Assembly (NCBI RefSeq): GCF_006345805.1
Contig: NC_043003.1
Coordinates: forward strand, 74,834,001-74,898,000
Reading direction: 5' to 3'
DNA length: 64,000 nucleotides
DNA from: Octopus sinensis
Taxonomy: Eukaryota
Made by a program: the position numbers and the translations under genes. Shown piece by piece: positions 1 through 12,320 of this stretch; position 1 is the stretch's first letter, and each line of letters starts with the position of its first letter. The notes beneath the pieces are model-generated. The model made no database searches. It was not told the origin of the DNA and worked only from the letters and a program-made list of their open reading frames with translations.

Positions 1-110
1 TTTATAAAATAAAAAAAACAAAGAAAAGTTTTTTAAAAGAATATTTGTATAGTGTTCAAATACAAGTGGCATTTTCCTTGTTTCTGCCTCTCTCTCTCTC
101 TCTCTGTAAA
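1..110. repeat. Fragment of the repeat family forming the 3' region of the Poseidon-type PLE at 27680-27810
   Basis: aagaaaagttttttaaaagaatattt.tatagtgttcaaa...gtggcattttcctt.tttctgcct matches 27695-27810 (with an internal deletion). Confidence 0.5.
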
Positions 111-149
111 TATATATATACTAAAGGAAAGTGTACACCTATTGATATA

Positions 150-192
<43 letters not shown>

Positions 193-1225
193 ATATCAAT
201 AGGTGTACACTTTCTTTTATTCATTGACGAACATATTAAAATTAATGAATAGAAGGAAACAGGAATGTAAAATATAATGAAAACAAACACGTTAACTAAG
301 TTTTGATTAATAATTTAAAAGAAACCGAAATAATTAATAATGTAGGTGTAAAAGTTGTTGAATAGATTTATGGTACATAGTTACCTGTAGTAGATGAATT
401 AAGAACCATAGGAATTAATTAAAAGATGTAATTAAATGATTATTATCTCTGAACTATTTGAGTATACGCATATGCTGAATAATATCGTTAAAGAGAAGAC
501 GTCATTACGTTTCCGTGTTATATTATGAGGGCATATTCTGTCTTAGAAATTGATTTAAATCATCTCAGACTATGGCCGCGTTCAGGCAAAGCTAATTATC
601 TGATCAAGTGTAGTAAATTTTCTATTGAAAAACTGTGTTCATCAGTAATGAGAAATGTAGAATATATCAAATACCAATATTGTTACAAAATGGAATATTT
701 GTCATAAACATCTACTCATCGCTCAATTTAAATTAGTCTGGTAATGGCAGTATTGATAAAATTCGCTGAAGAGATTTGAGCTGGCAGAAATATTCCCTAA
801 ATTGTTTCCACAACACATTCACTTATACACACTCGCCAAGGTGTTTCTATAAAATTCTAACGGAAATTAATGAGTGTACTGTGAAAGTGTTCTTAACCAA
901 AACACAAAGAACATTGTCATTCGATACGATAATGTAGCTCTAAGCTTTAAAATCTAAGAATATCATCTTAGTATAATCTATAGCATATTCTACAATCTAA
1001 AACTTGTTTGGCTTCCTGTATTCCACGTATAAAAAGATTTGAAGAACGGATGAAATTATTTAGCATTGTACCTCTTGCTATAAAGAACTATACATATATA
1101 CATGTATGTATAAATATACACATCCACTCATACACGCAGAGACACACACACCGACCTGCACATTCCGTATGTATGTATGCATTAATGTTTATTTTTCATA
1201 TATTTGTGTAAATATATGTACATAT

Positions 1226-1279
<54 letters not shown>

Positions 1280-1664
1280 TATATATGAGTGTGTGTGTGT
1301 GTCTATATATGTATATGTGTTTTGTGTGTGAGTGTGTATATGCGTCTAGCGTATGCGTGTGTGCTTGTGTGTGTATGCATAGGTATAGGTATACATGCTT
1401 AAATTTATTCAGAGTAAATAATTTTTTAGAAATGTTCCAAACAGCTATCGTTTCAAATATTGATACCTTTTCATAGCCAAAACCTAATTTCAACAATCAT
1501 ATTTTAAAATTGTTACTCTAAGTTTCAGTAGCTATTTTAGTTATACTTTCATTATGTTTAATTATGTACTAAATATTATCGATGTATCAAATATTATCAA
1601 AGATGCGATATGTGAAAGTGTATATTACAAAGGATTTCTAGAATTTTAGTTATTTACATTTGAC

Positions 1665-1885
1665 GAATATGTGCCCTCCTCTTGTTTCTTGTTAACACAA
1701 CGCTTCGGTTGATATACCCTCCAGCATTCAAGAGGTATCTTGGGGAAATTTCGAATCTGACATCTTATTCCTAAGGTATTTTTCGATATTGCTGTTGTTG
1801 CTGTTATTCTTCTTCTTCTTCTTCTACCTCTTCTTCTTCCTCTTCTTCTTCTCTTCTTCTTCTTCTTCTTCTTCTTCTTCTTCTT

Positions 1886-1916
<31 letters not shown>

Positions 1917-2025
1917 TTATTATTATTATTATATTATTATTATTATTATTATTATTAGTATTCTTCAAGTCACTGCCTGGAATTGAACTCGAAATAACGT
2001 AGTTAGTAGCCCGCGCTGTTAACAC
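1665..2025 (-). mobile_element. tRNA-head + (AAT/GAA)n + hammerhead-like SINE-type repeat, copy 1 (left arm of palindrome)
   Basis: Minus strand reads gcgcgggctactaac...cgagttcaattccaggcagtgac (B box), microsatellite, then agatac CTCTTGA A TGCTG gagggtatat CAACC GAAG CG TT gtgtt; homologous to 2026-2370, 22762-23100, 23290-23690. Confidence 0.75.
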
Positions 2026-2065
2026 CGAGTTTTCGAGTTCGATTCCAGGCAAGGAATGATTTACA

Positions 2066-2135
<70 letters not shown>

Positions 2136-2370
2136 GGAGAAGAAGAAGAAGAAGAAGAAGAAGAAGAAGAAGAAGAAGAAGAAGAAGAAGAACATCGAAA
2201 AATACCTTTGTAATGGGAACCCAGATACGAAATTTGCCCAAGGCATCTGATGAAGTAATGGAGGGTATATCAGCCGAAACATTGTGTTAGCAACAAACAA
2301 GATGAAGACAAATATCCTTCTAATGAAAATAATATAAAAAATGTACATAATTCCTTATCTCTTATATATA
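2026..2370 (+). mobile_element. Same tRNA-head/hammerhead repeat, copy 2 (right arm of palindrome)
   Basis: cgagttcgattccaggc (B box), (AAT)n(GAA)n, catcgaaaaatacc..., CTGATGA at 2247-2253 and GAAAC at 2276-2280, tail ...tacataattccttatctcttatatatagaact. Confidence 0.75.
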
Positions 2371-2449
2371 GAACTGGAAAATTTCCGTTGTTTCGTTATT
2401 TTATATAGTATCGGCAAACTCTTAGACAATTACTTAGCTACCAAATACT

Positions 2450-3000
2450 TTGGACTTGTAACGAAATATGTAATTTAAGAAAATAAGCAGATTAGAAAGA
2501 TCTACATCTAGTGAGAATTTACAAAAAAGCAAAAGACGAATACGGGTTTGTAAGCAACAAACAGATACATTAGTTAAACGTTCGTGAAGTGAGAAAGATT
2601 TTTACTTTCCGAGCCTACGCACTTCGATAGAAAGGAACACAGAAATAATTAGGGAGAGAAAATAGAAAAGTTTTAGTAGCTAGCGATCTATGATGGCGAA
2701 TGCCGGACAGAGTTGTCACACAGGAGAGCTAGGAAGAATGGTATATATATATATATTTCATAAATGTTAAAAATAAATGTACGTGGATACACTAAAGATA
2801 GAATTAGTGAAATGAAGCTAGACAGAGAGAAAGACAGAGACAGTGAGGAAAGTAGGAGAAAGGTGAAAGGGAGAGGTAAACTAAAGAAAGGCAGAGGTGG
2901 TTTGGGAACGTGAAGGGCTTTATTTAAGGAGGATAAGAATGATTAGAAATTATTTGATGAGGTGTATATATTTTCAAAGATAATCTTAAAAGTGTATTCG
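2450..3000 (-). mobile_element. Possible degraded 3' end of a Penelope-like element
   Basis: Minus-strand peptide LKIYTPHQIISNHSY weakly resembles a GIY-YIG C-terminus; downstream, degenerate hammerhead-like GTGC gtag GCTC GGAAAGTA at ~2598-2630. Confidence 0.3.
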
Positions 3001-3419
3001 TTCTAAAACATACCAAATGCACAAAAGGAAAGAGAAAACAGAATGAAAGAAGAAATGGAGGAATAATTTTTAAAGTTAAATTCCCAAGAAGAGAATATTT
3101 TGAAAATATCTTGCGCAATTTGACACAGATATAATTCAAAGTAACACACTTGCATATATATCATTGACATAGTAACATTTAATCACTCACCCATAATTAC
3201 AATTTTCTTTTAAATGTTGCAACCATTAGATTGCAGCCATGATGGTGTACCACTTTGACGAATCTTAGATCAACACAAATGCTAACTTTTTTAACACTGG
3301 TACTTATTATATTCGACTATTTTGCTGAACAACAAGGTTACAAGAACGGAAACACATCCACACCCATTGTCAAACTTTGGTGGGGCACAAACACAGACAC
3401 AAAGACATTCATATGTATA

Positions 3420-3580
3420 GGACGCGTTTCTTTCAGGTTCTGTCGACTAAATATATTGATAATGCTTTCGTCGGCCCGTGGTTACAGTTGAAGATATTTG
3501 TCCATGATGCAACACAGTGAGACTGAAGCTCGAACCATGTGGTAGGGATTCAAACTTCTTACCACACAGCCACACCTGAC
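3420..3580 (-). mobile_element. Degenerate tRNA-derived SINE head (same family as 43592-43752)
   Basis: ...gaaccatgtggtagggattcaaacttcttaccacacagccac is the reverse complement of the SINE head gtggctgtgtggtaagtagc. Confidence 0.6.
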
Positions 3581-4656
3581 ATATAAAATTAGATAAAAAA
3601 AACATATGTGCACTCATTCACAGACATACCTATACATGTGTCTTGTGTTGTGTGTGTCTTTGTCTGTGTGTCACATTCCGTTCCAAATATATAATATGTA
3701 ATAATAGTGGTAGTCATTCGCTATATTACTTAATATACTTGAATAATATATCGCTGAACGTATAATCGGTGGTGTGGAAATTAACTCGGAACCATCTCGA
3801 ATATTCTTTGAGTCACCGTCATGGTTGCATTAATATGTTTTATTTTGTTACACGAATCCTGTTCTTACATAATCCATTGAAATGATATATGTCTATCATT
3901 TCTTCCCAACTCTACTGGAATCGATCCTTATCCTAGGGTTTCTGGACTAATTCTAACGATGATATTGTTTAATTATTATTTCTTCACAGTTATTTGGAAC
4001 CCTTCTCAATAGTGCTTGTTGTCAGTTCTACGTAAGTATTTCAGACACATAATATGTTGTTAAGGCGCTCTATATATACTGCAAACCAGGACGAGCCATC
4101 TAAAACAAGGTATACTAATATAAATGTTAGCGATACAATATATATAGAAAGGCCTATGCTTTCATACATAATCACTGACATAATCGTGGAACATCTCCGA
4201 GTTATTGGTGCAAATAAGGTGCACAGGCGGAGTGAATGTATATTCTTATATTTATTTAAATCATATAATGATAATTATAAGTATATAAAAGTGATTTCAC
4301 CACGAATATCTTCTAATATGCTCACACACACGCACCAAACATAATTATTTTGAAGAAAATAACCTTATGCTACTAGATAAAACAATGAACTTGCGATGAT
4401 ACTGTCTTCGTAGGTTCTGCAAGATGTTTATAAGACACGAGTGCCATATATCCTTTGCTTCAGAGACAAAAATTATTGCTTAAATCTATATCCGATAGAA
4501 CAGGGCATAATGTTTCACGGGCAGCTAAGGCGCACAACTAAATCAGAATTTTAAGACAGGGATATTATTTACAGCAATTATTTTTAGATATGTCGAACAA
4601 TATTCTTCTATATATCTCTCACCCTTTTGACTACGTCCGTTTCCCTCTCCTTCATT

Positions 4657-4659
<3 letters not shown>

Positions 4660-4688
<29 letters not shown>

Positions 4689-7094
4689 GTGTGTGTTGGT
4701 GCGTGCGTGTGTGTGTATGTGTGCGTGTTCGTGTGTTTGATATAAAACCGGATTATATTATATTACGTCATGTTCGTTATTTAGTGTGACAATATACATG
4801 TCTATGTCTTTGTTTGCTGTCTCCAACCGCAATAAACCCGCTAAAGAAAATATACCTTTCTCACATCAGATACATGCATACACAAGTGAATGATATAATG
4901 AATATACTTAAAAAAATTAAGGATATTTGTCTCCTCTTACAATCACTAATTCAATTACATACACCACACACATTCGATAGACAAGCATACACATACATAC
5001 ACTTGTTTGTAAATTTGCGTACAGCATAATTTTACAATTTCGAAAGTGTAGCTTCTGAAGTTTACAACAAAAATCCTTCTACAAAAATATAAATATTTTT
5101 TCTTAAATTTCTCATAAAAATAATCAGAAATCACATTTTCCACCTGAAAATCTATAGTAACAAAAAAAAATTGATACCAAAATATAACAACTTTATATAT
5201 AAAAAAATAATGTACTGAATTAAAACCTATTTATTGAATAAACTCGTAAAGGCAATAACTGGACTGAAATAAATATGTAAGCAACAATTGATGAAAACTT
5301 GAAAAAACATAGACAAAAAACATAATAATGTCTCTTAAATATTTTTCTCCCTTCAATCATCATAATCAGAAGAGTGGCAATAAATATTGGTAATAAATAT
5401 GAATATCGAATGGCATTAGCAAAGGTGTGAATGAATATTAATGCCTATGTGTATTCATATATATGTAAGTGCAAATGTAGGGTGTTTTGGTATATATGCC
5501 AGAATGCATATTCAAATGTATCCTGTCATGTATATATCTGGGTGCATTTAAAATGAATGATGAATTACATATACATATACATACACAGATGCATATATAT
5601 ATGTGTGTGTTCCAGTTTGTGCGCGTGTGTGCTTGTATATCTGTGTATGTACTTAATATAAATATGTATAATTATATGTGTGTGTCCCTGATACCGCGGG
5701 GTACAAAATTACGCATAAGACTCTATATATGTGTGTGAGTGTGTGTGTTTATGTATATATGTATGTATATGTATGTATATATATATATATGTGTATATAT
5801 ATATACGTATATATATGCATGTATATGTATATATATATATATAATTATATGTATATATATATATATATGCATATATATATATATATATATAATATATATA
5901 TATATATGTATATGTGTGTGTGGTGCGTGCGTGTGTGTGTATGTGTGTGTGTTCGTGTGTTTGATATAAAACCGGATTATATTATATTACGTCATGTTCG
6001 TTATTTAGTGTGACAATATACATGTCTATGTCTTTGTTTGCTGTCTCCAACCGCAATAAACCCGCTAAAGAAAATATACCTTTCTCACATCAGATACATG
6101 CATACACAAGTGAATGATATAATGAATATACTTCAAAAAATTAAGGATATTTGTCTCCTCTTACAATCACTAATTCAATTACATACACCACACACATTCG
6201 ATAGACAAGCATACACATACATACACTTGTTTGTAAATTTGCGTACAGCATAATTTTACAATTTCGAAAGTGTAGCTTCTGAAGTTTACAACAAAAATCC
6301 TTCTACAAAAATATAAATATTTTTTCTTAAATTTCTCATAAAAATAATCAGAAATCACATTTTCCACCTGAAAATCTATAGTAACAAAAAAAAATTGATA
6401 CCAAAATATAACAACTTTATATATAAAAAAATAATGTACTGAATTAAAACCTATTTATTGAATAAACTCGTAAAGGCAATAACTGGACTGAAATAAATAT
6501 GTAAGCAACAATTGATGAAAACTTGAAAAAACATAGACAAAAAACATAATAATGTCTCTTAAATATTTTTCTCCCTTCAATCATCATAATCAGAAGAGTG
6601 GCAATAAATATTGGTAATAAATATGAATATCGAATGGCATTAGCAAAGGTGTGAATGAATATTAATGCCTATGTGTATTCATATATATGTAAGTGCAAAT
6701 GTAGGGTGTTTTGGTATATATGCCAGAATGCATATTCAAATGTATCCTGTCATGTATATATCTGGGTGCATGTAAAATGAATGATGAATTACATATACAT
6801 ATACATACACAGATGCATATATATATGTGTGTGTTCCAGTTTGTGCGCGTGTGTGCTTGTATATCTGTGTATGTACTTAATATAAATATGTATAATTATA
6901 TGTGTGTGTCCCTGATACCGCGGGGTACAAAATTACGCATAAGACTCTATATATGTGTGTGAGTGTGTGTGTTTATGTATATATGTATGTATATGTATGT
7001 ATATATATATATATGTGTATATATATATACGTATATATATGCATGTATATGTATATATATATATATATAATTATATGTATATATATATATATGC

Positions 7095-7110
<16 letters not shown>
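4660..7110. repeat. Tandem duplication, period 1224 bp
   Basis: ttgatataaaaccgg at 4737 and 5961; duplicated ORFs offset by exactly 1224; only two substitutions noticed in the unique part (cttaaaaaa/cttcaaaaa; gcattta/gcatgta); breakpoints lie in TA/TG microsatellite. Confidence 0.95.
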
Positions 7111-7125
<15 letters not shown>

Positions 7126-7554
7126 TCTCTATATGTATATATATAAATATATATGTATGTATTCATGTATGTATACTTACACACATATACACATACATAT
7201 ATATTACGATTATATAATGCTATCTCGATATAAAGGTGTGTAAGGATGGCTGTGTGTATGTATAAGGACATAAACATATAGGTTTGCTTTTATGATTTAC
7301 AGGGTTAATTTCATGATTTGAAGCTTAAGTGTATGAGGAGAGGACGATTTAAAAATTAAAAAAATAAACCATATTTTTCTATGAAATTGTTTCGGATATT
7401 TCCTTCTTATTTTGATTCTGGTATACATGTATTTTTGGTATGTTTGCATATATTTGTTTCTAAATGTATATTTAGCATAAAAAATCCATTATCATGTAAT
7501 TTTGTAACAGATTGAAAACTAGCTTCAAGCATTATATTTAATTTTAATGTGCTT

Positions 7555-9150
7555 TCTTTCACTAAATGCTATGCAAATGCTATTAAAATGGTATCCCCTT
7601 TACGCATATGAATATTCCGAGATAGTTTCCCCCAGATTAATTCAACTAACTGAACATTCTCATTCACATTCTGCATGTAGTCAACCCGTTAGAGATTTAG
7701 TCGAAATGTAATTCCACAAAGATAAACGACAATACACTTATTGTGTTATTTAAAAAAAATGTTTAGTCCCCATTGCATAGATATTGAATCCTCGCCAGAA
7801 ATCCGTAAATGTACATTTTGTCGCGTAATTGTGATAGACGCAACCCGATACTGCACATTTCAAAAGGAGAAATAGTATCATTTTTGCCATTATATAGTAA
7901 TATACAAATTGATCCGTATTTGTATATTTCGATGGGCATTAGGTAACATTTGTGAAGATAATAGTAATATGGTTAGACGTACGAACAAACATTAGACCAC
8001 AATCCTAAATTATTTCTTCCAGTAATTTTTCTCCATCATATCACCATACCGTGATTTAGCGATTTTGTCACACACTTTAAAAGAATAAAGTTTACTTAGA
8101 TTTAAGAACTTACGGATGAAAGTTATGTTAATTCTATTTTATAGTCATATATACATACAGAAGATAAAATGATCGAAAGTGTCTTCAAATTTCTAACTTG
8201 TACCGTGTTCCTCAGGCAGCAAGTTTTGGTGTTTAATATATCGTTATACTCATTTGGGTTCCCCTTTTAGCTGGATAGCTTTACAGAGATATAAGCGCGA
8301 TGTACAGATATACTTACACACAGACATCCCTCTCTCTCTTCACTCTCTCGCACACACTCAACTTTTCTGTCTATCTATATCTATATATATCTTTATCTAT
8401 CTATCTCTCAATCTATCTATCCATCCATTTATCCATCTAGCTAGTTAACGAAATTCCTAACGACGTCTAATTCAGTACGAGGGGGAAAATATTCGAACCT
8501 TTAGCATCCAAATCTTCCCCTTGAAAATACATAAACTAAAATAGTATTTCAGACAAGTACTTTGTATAATCAATTACTTAAAAAGTATACAATGATGCCC
8601 AAATTAAATCACGTCAGCAAAGAATCACAATGTAGTCATTAACATGCAAAAGAATAGAAAGAACAAAGAAAATATTCTAACATCACCTTCCCGTATTTTT
8701 ATCTTTTTTTGTCATCAGAAATCTTTTTACAGGTTGGAAATGAAACCTTCTTAGCGTAGTGTACACAATTTTTATTTTTTCCGCTTCAAATTTTAATTCA
8801 GTAACAAAAATGTAAAAAAAAAAAATCTTCACAGAACAAAGTTTAGTACCTTATCGAAAACTAGTATCACGTATCATGGTTTCAGTTTGAAATCACTAAA
8901 TGTTATGCAAGTACCATTAAAATGGTATCAACTTTACGCTTATGAATCTTCCGAGATCATTTCCTTCAACTAATGGAACATTCTGATCCACATTCTGCAT
9001 GTAGTCATATCCATGTTCATACACGACGAATTATTGCCGTATACAATTCTCAACAATTATAAATTCTATTCACGAATCCTCGCAAAATATAGTATGCATG
9101 GAGCTACTTTTCCAAACTAGTACTGTGACGCAGCAAACAGAATTCTCCAC
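7555..9150. repeat. Diverged direct repeat pair (~7555-7870 and ~8890-9150)
   Basis: cactaaatg.tatgcaa...cattaaaatggtatc..ctttacgc.tatgaat.ttccgagat...cacattctgcatgtagtca is shared; roughly 80% identity by eye. Confidence 0.75.
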
Positions 9151-10279
9151 ATTTTTCATCAGTTTTATTGAGAGAATTACATGTTACAACAAAAGATAGA
9201 GGACTATCTCAGTCATTTATATTTCTTGATAAGTCTCTCAAATAATATAAAATCATCAGGACGGATAATATCAGAAGAACAATATCGGAATGGAAAATGG
9301 ACCAACACTAAGATGTTTGAGATATTTTGTATGATATATTACTTGGATATGTATTGTAGTCATATATATATATGTATATATATTGTGATCTCTCTACTTC
9401 AGTAGGAGAAAAGTGGAATTTTACGCCCTCAGTAATAGAAAATTATCCCTTAATCCGTGAAAAATCCTGGGTTATCGTTTTTGATCATTTGAAAACAAAA
9501 ACATATATTATAAACAAAAGACTAAACATGGTTTCAGCGCTTTTCAGATTTTACTGGCTACGGGTGTAAAAGTTGCAGTAGAAATTGCAGAGTTGTTTCA
9601 AAATATATTTGTTGTTGCAACAAAATACATCTCAAATTTTAGATTGTATTAGTGTTTGCTGATTGCACGAGTTAATCGAAGAATACGTGTGTATAAATAC
9701 ATTTTGCGCATTTTGTAAGAAGATTAGCTGTATCAGGCAGTGTAGCGTATTTGCGGAAGATTGCACTATATTGAGGGATAGAGGGAGCAATGTTTGTACC
9801 ATAGGTTGGACATCATCAGCCAAAATATTCAGATAATTCTTCTTGTCTAATCAGAACAAGAATTCCATGATATGACAAGTTTTACAGGGCTGTCTTCATG
9901 CTTTGTGTTAGTCGGAATTAAAGGATTCCTTGGATCACCTCCAGATATAAACTTCCAGATAATTGTGAGAAAGGATAAAAGTTGATTCATCACAAATGAT
10001 GACATTGTTTCATTGTTCTACTGATAGTGTACATTATATTTGATATTACAGATGAGAGGAGAGTTTTAAAAATTGCCGACTTCGAATTTTGGTAGGCACA
10101 AGTCTGACAATGTCGTGGTTGAACTCTACTGTCCTTTTGTGTAACTAGTTCCAAGGTTTTGAGACACTATGTGTGTCCGTATTCTGCGGTCCCTTTGTGA
10201 GTTTCGACTATCCACAAACATGCTTGCTAATGTAGGTTTTAGTTTGGCATTGGAATTATTTTAATATTTTATACTTACA

Positions 10280-10760
10280 TACGTTTCAACCCTAAGAATA
10301 TGGCCGTGCTGAAGCACTGTCAGTGTAATCTCCTTCTGAATGGCTATTCTGAATATGATTGATCATCCGTGAATGAGAAAGTTTGACACTGCTGCCCTCT
10401 TTTGAATGTTTTGCCTTCATATAGGTTCATCTGGGACCTTGGTCTGTAGGCGATCAAGTTGTTTCTGGAAAATATCTATCCTTACAGCATGAAGATATCT
10501 CAATTCTTTTGGCAAGGTGTTAAATAGCTGTGGGTCCTTGAATCCAAAGCTAGACGGGGTAGCTGGAATTTTTGGAACAGTGGCAGCAACGTCCATTTCC
10601 GGGGTTAGTATGGCTCTCGACGCGAAAGTATGGGACTAACCCCTTCAGGATCTTCTATAAATATATCACTGCATACCTCTACTGTCTTCGCTCCAGTGAG
10701 TAGAATTGTAGCGCTTTTAGTCTCTCCCAGTAGCTTAACTGCTCCATTGATACAAAAATG
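10280..10760 (-). mobile_element. Old 3' fragment of CR1-type LINE (relative of 54629-58560)
   Basis: Minus strand translates LSYWERLKALQFYSLERRQ*RYAVIYL*KILKG...DPQLFNTLPKELRD...KVPDEP, aligning with the C-terminal ORF at 54717-55202. Confidence 0.8.
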
Positions 10761-11040
10761 AACGTGATTTTAGTGACGATACCCCTCCAAACATTATATA
10801 ATTCAGCAATTTTATTGACTGAAGCTTCAACAGTTTGTTGTCTTTAGATTTCAGATATGTCAAGGATTATCATTTATTTAAATGATGTAATATATAAGTG
10901 TCAAAGTTTCTGTTTAAATGCAGATTTGTGGAGAGATCTCTATAAATAATTTGCGTTATATGTATTCGTATCTTTATGCGTGTACGTCTGTGTGCATTGT
11001 GTATACATATATGTAAGCAAACAACTATTTCGTGAAAATA

Positions 11041-12320
11041 CGAGATTGGGCTAAAAGGTTCATAGGCTGACTATTAAGGAATAATACTAGAGCTGTGAAG
11101 TATAACATGCATTAAGTACAACTGTTCTTATAAATTACTGTAATGTTTCATTCCAGGAAAATGTCATCTGATAATTCACAAAGGATATTAAATATACAAA
11201 AGAGAGACTTCTCTTGAAAACGAACAAAATTTGGCAGTGTGGTGTTATCAGTTAACTGCAGAAAAAGCATTTACCCTCAACAGACATTGATGATGATATG
11301 CTATATTAGAGATTAGCCCACCAGATTGCAATAATGGGCAGCTGAATTTAGAAGAAGAAGGGTAAGTCTTGAAGATGAAGGCCTGGCTGTCCTCAAACTG
11401 CCATCACCAAGGAAAACTTTGATCGTGTTCATGATATGGTGATGGATGAAAGGGAATTGACTATAAAACCGATAGCTAATGATATTAGTATAGCCTATTA
11501 GGGAGTTGAGAACATTCTGCACAAGAATTTTGACATGAGGAAAGCTGCCACTCGGCGTTTGCCACGTCTTCTGACTTGATCAAAAGCACACCAGGATGAT
11601 CGTATCAGATGAAAATCTGACATTTTATATGGAAGATCTAACTGGCTCACGTGCACTTTTTCTGAACCAGAATGAACGTTGGTATAATCACTTTAACCCA
11701 GAGACAAGGAAACAATTCAGGCAATGAAAACATCTCTCCTTAAGGGCTCCAAAGAACGCCAAAGTCGTTTAATCTTCAGGAAATACGATGGCCTTTTTTG
11801 TGGAGCATGTAAAATAATTTGGTTTATTGACTGTCCATTGATATTGTGGCCCTTTTATTCAATGGAGAGAGGTACGTCAACTTGCTGAGGTGGTTGAGAA
11901 AGGTAATCAAAACCAACCTCCCAGGAAAACTGATAGAAAGTTTTTGTTTCATCAAGCCAATGCACAAACTACTAGGCCTTCGTTTCAATTGTTGCATTTG
12001 TGTGACTGTGGCTTTCAACTAGTTCATCATACTCTCCATACTCCTTATTTAGTCCCATCTGATAATCATTTGTTCCTCAAGTTAAAAAAAAAACATTCGT
12101 CTTAAAACCAGTATCGCAGTGATGACGAGATCATATCTACTGTTGATCACTATTTTTGACCAACCGGATGAAAGCTCCTTCACCAAAGGGATCGAGGCAC
12201 TGCAATGCCGATGGGAGAACGTTGTGCACCGTAAGGAGGGCTATGTTGAAAAATAACCTCATTGGGTCATATTCCATGAGAATGTATTGGCCAGCCTACG
12301 AACTTTTCAACCGACGTGCG
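11041..12320 (+). mobile_element. Full-length degenerate mariner transposon (1280 bp)
   Basis: Imperfect TIRs (cgagattgggctaaaaggttcataggctgac / gccagcctacgaacttttcaaccgacgtgcg), TA on both sides (11039-40, 12321-22); transposase remnants ...HTPYLVPSDNHLFLKLKK..., FTKGIEALQCRWENVVHRKEGYVEK; many stops. Confidence 0.85.

Noticed and set aside
9690-9960. Cys-rich peptide suggestive of EGF-like exons
   Set aside because: Cysteine spacing does not fit, stops are in frame, and there are no clear splice sites
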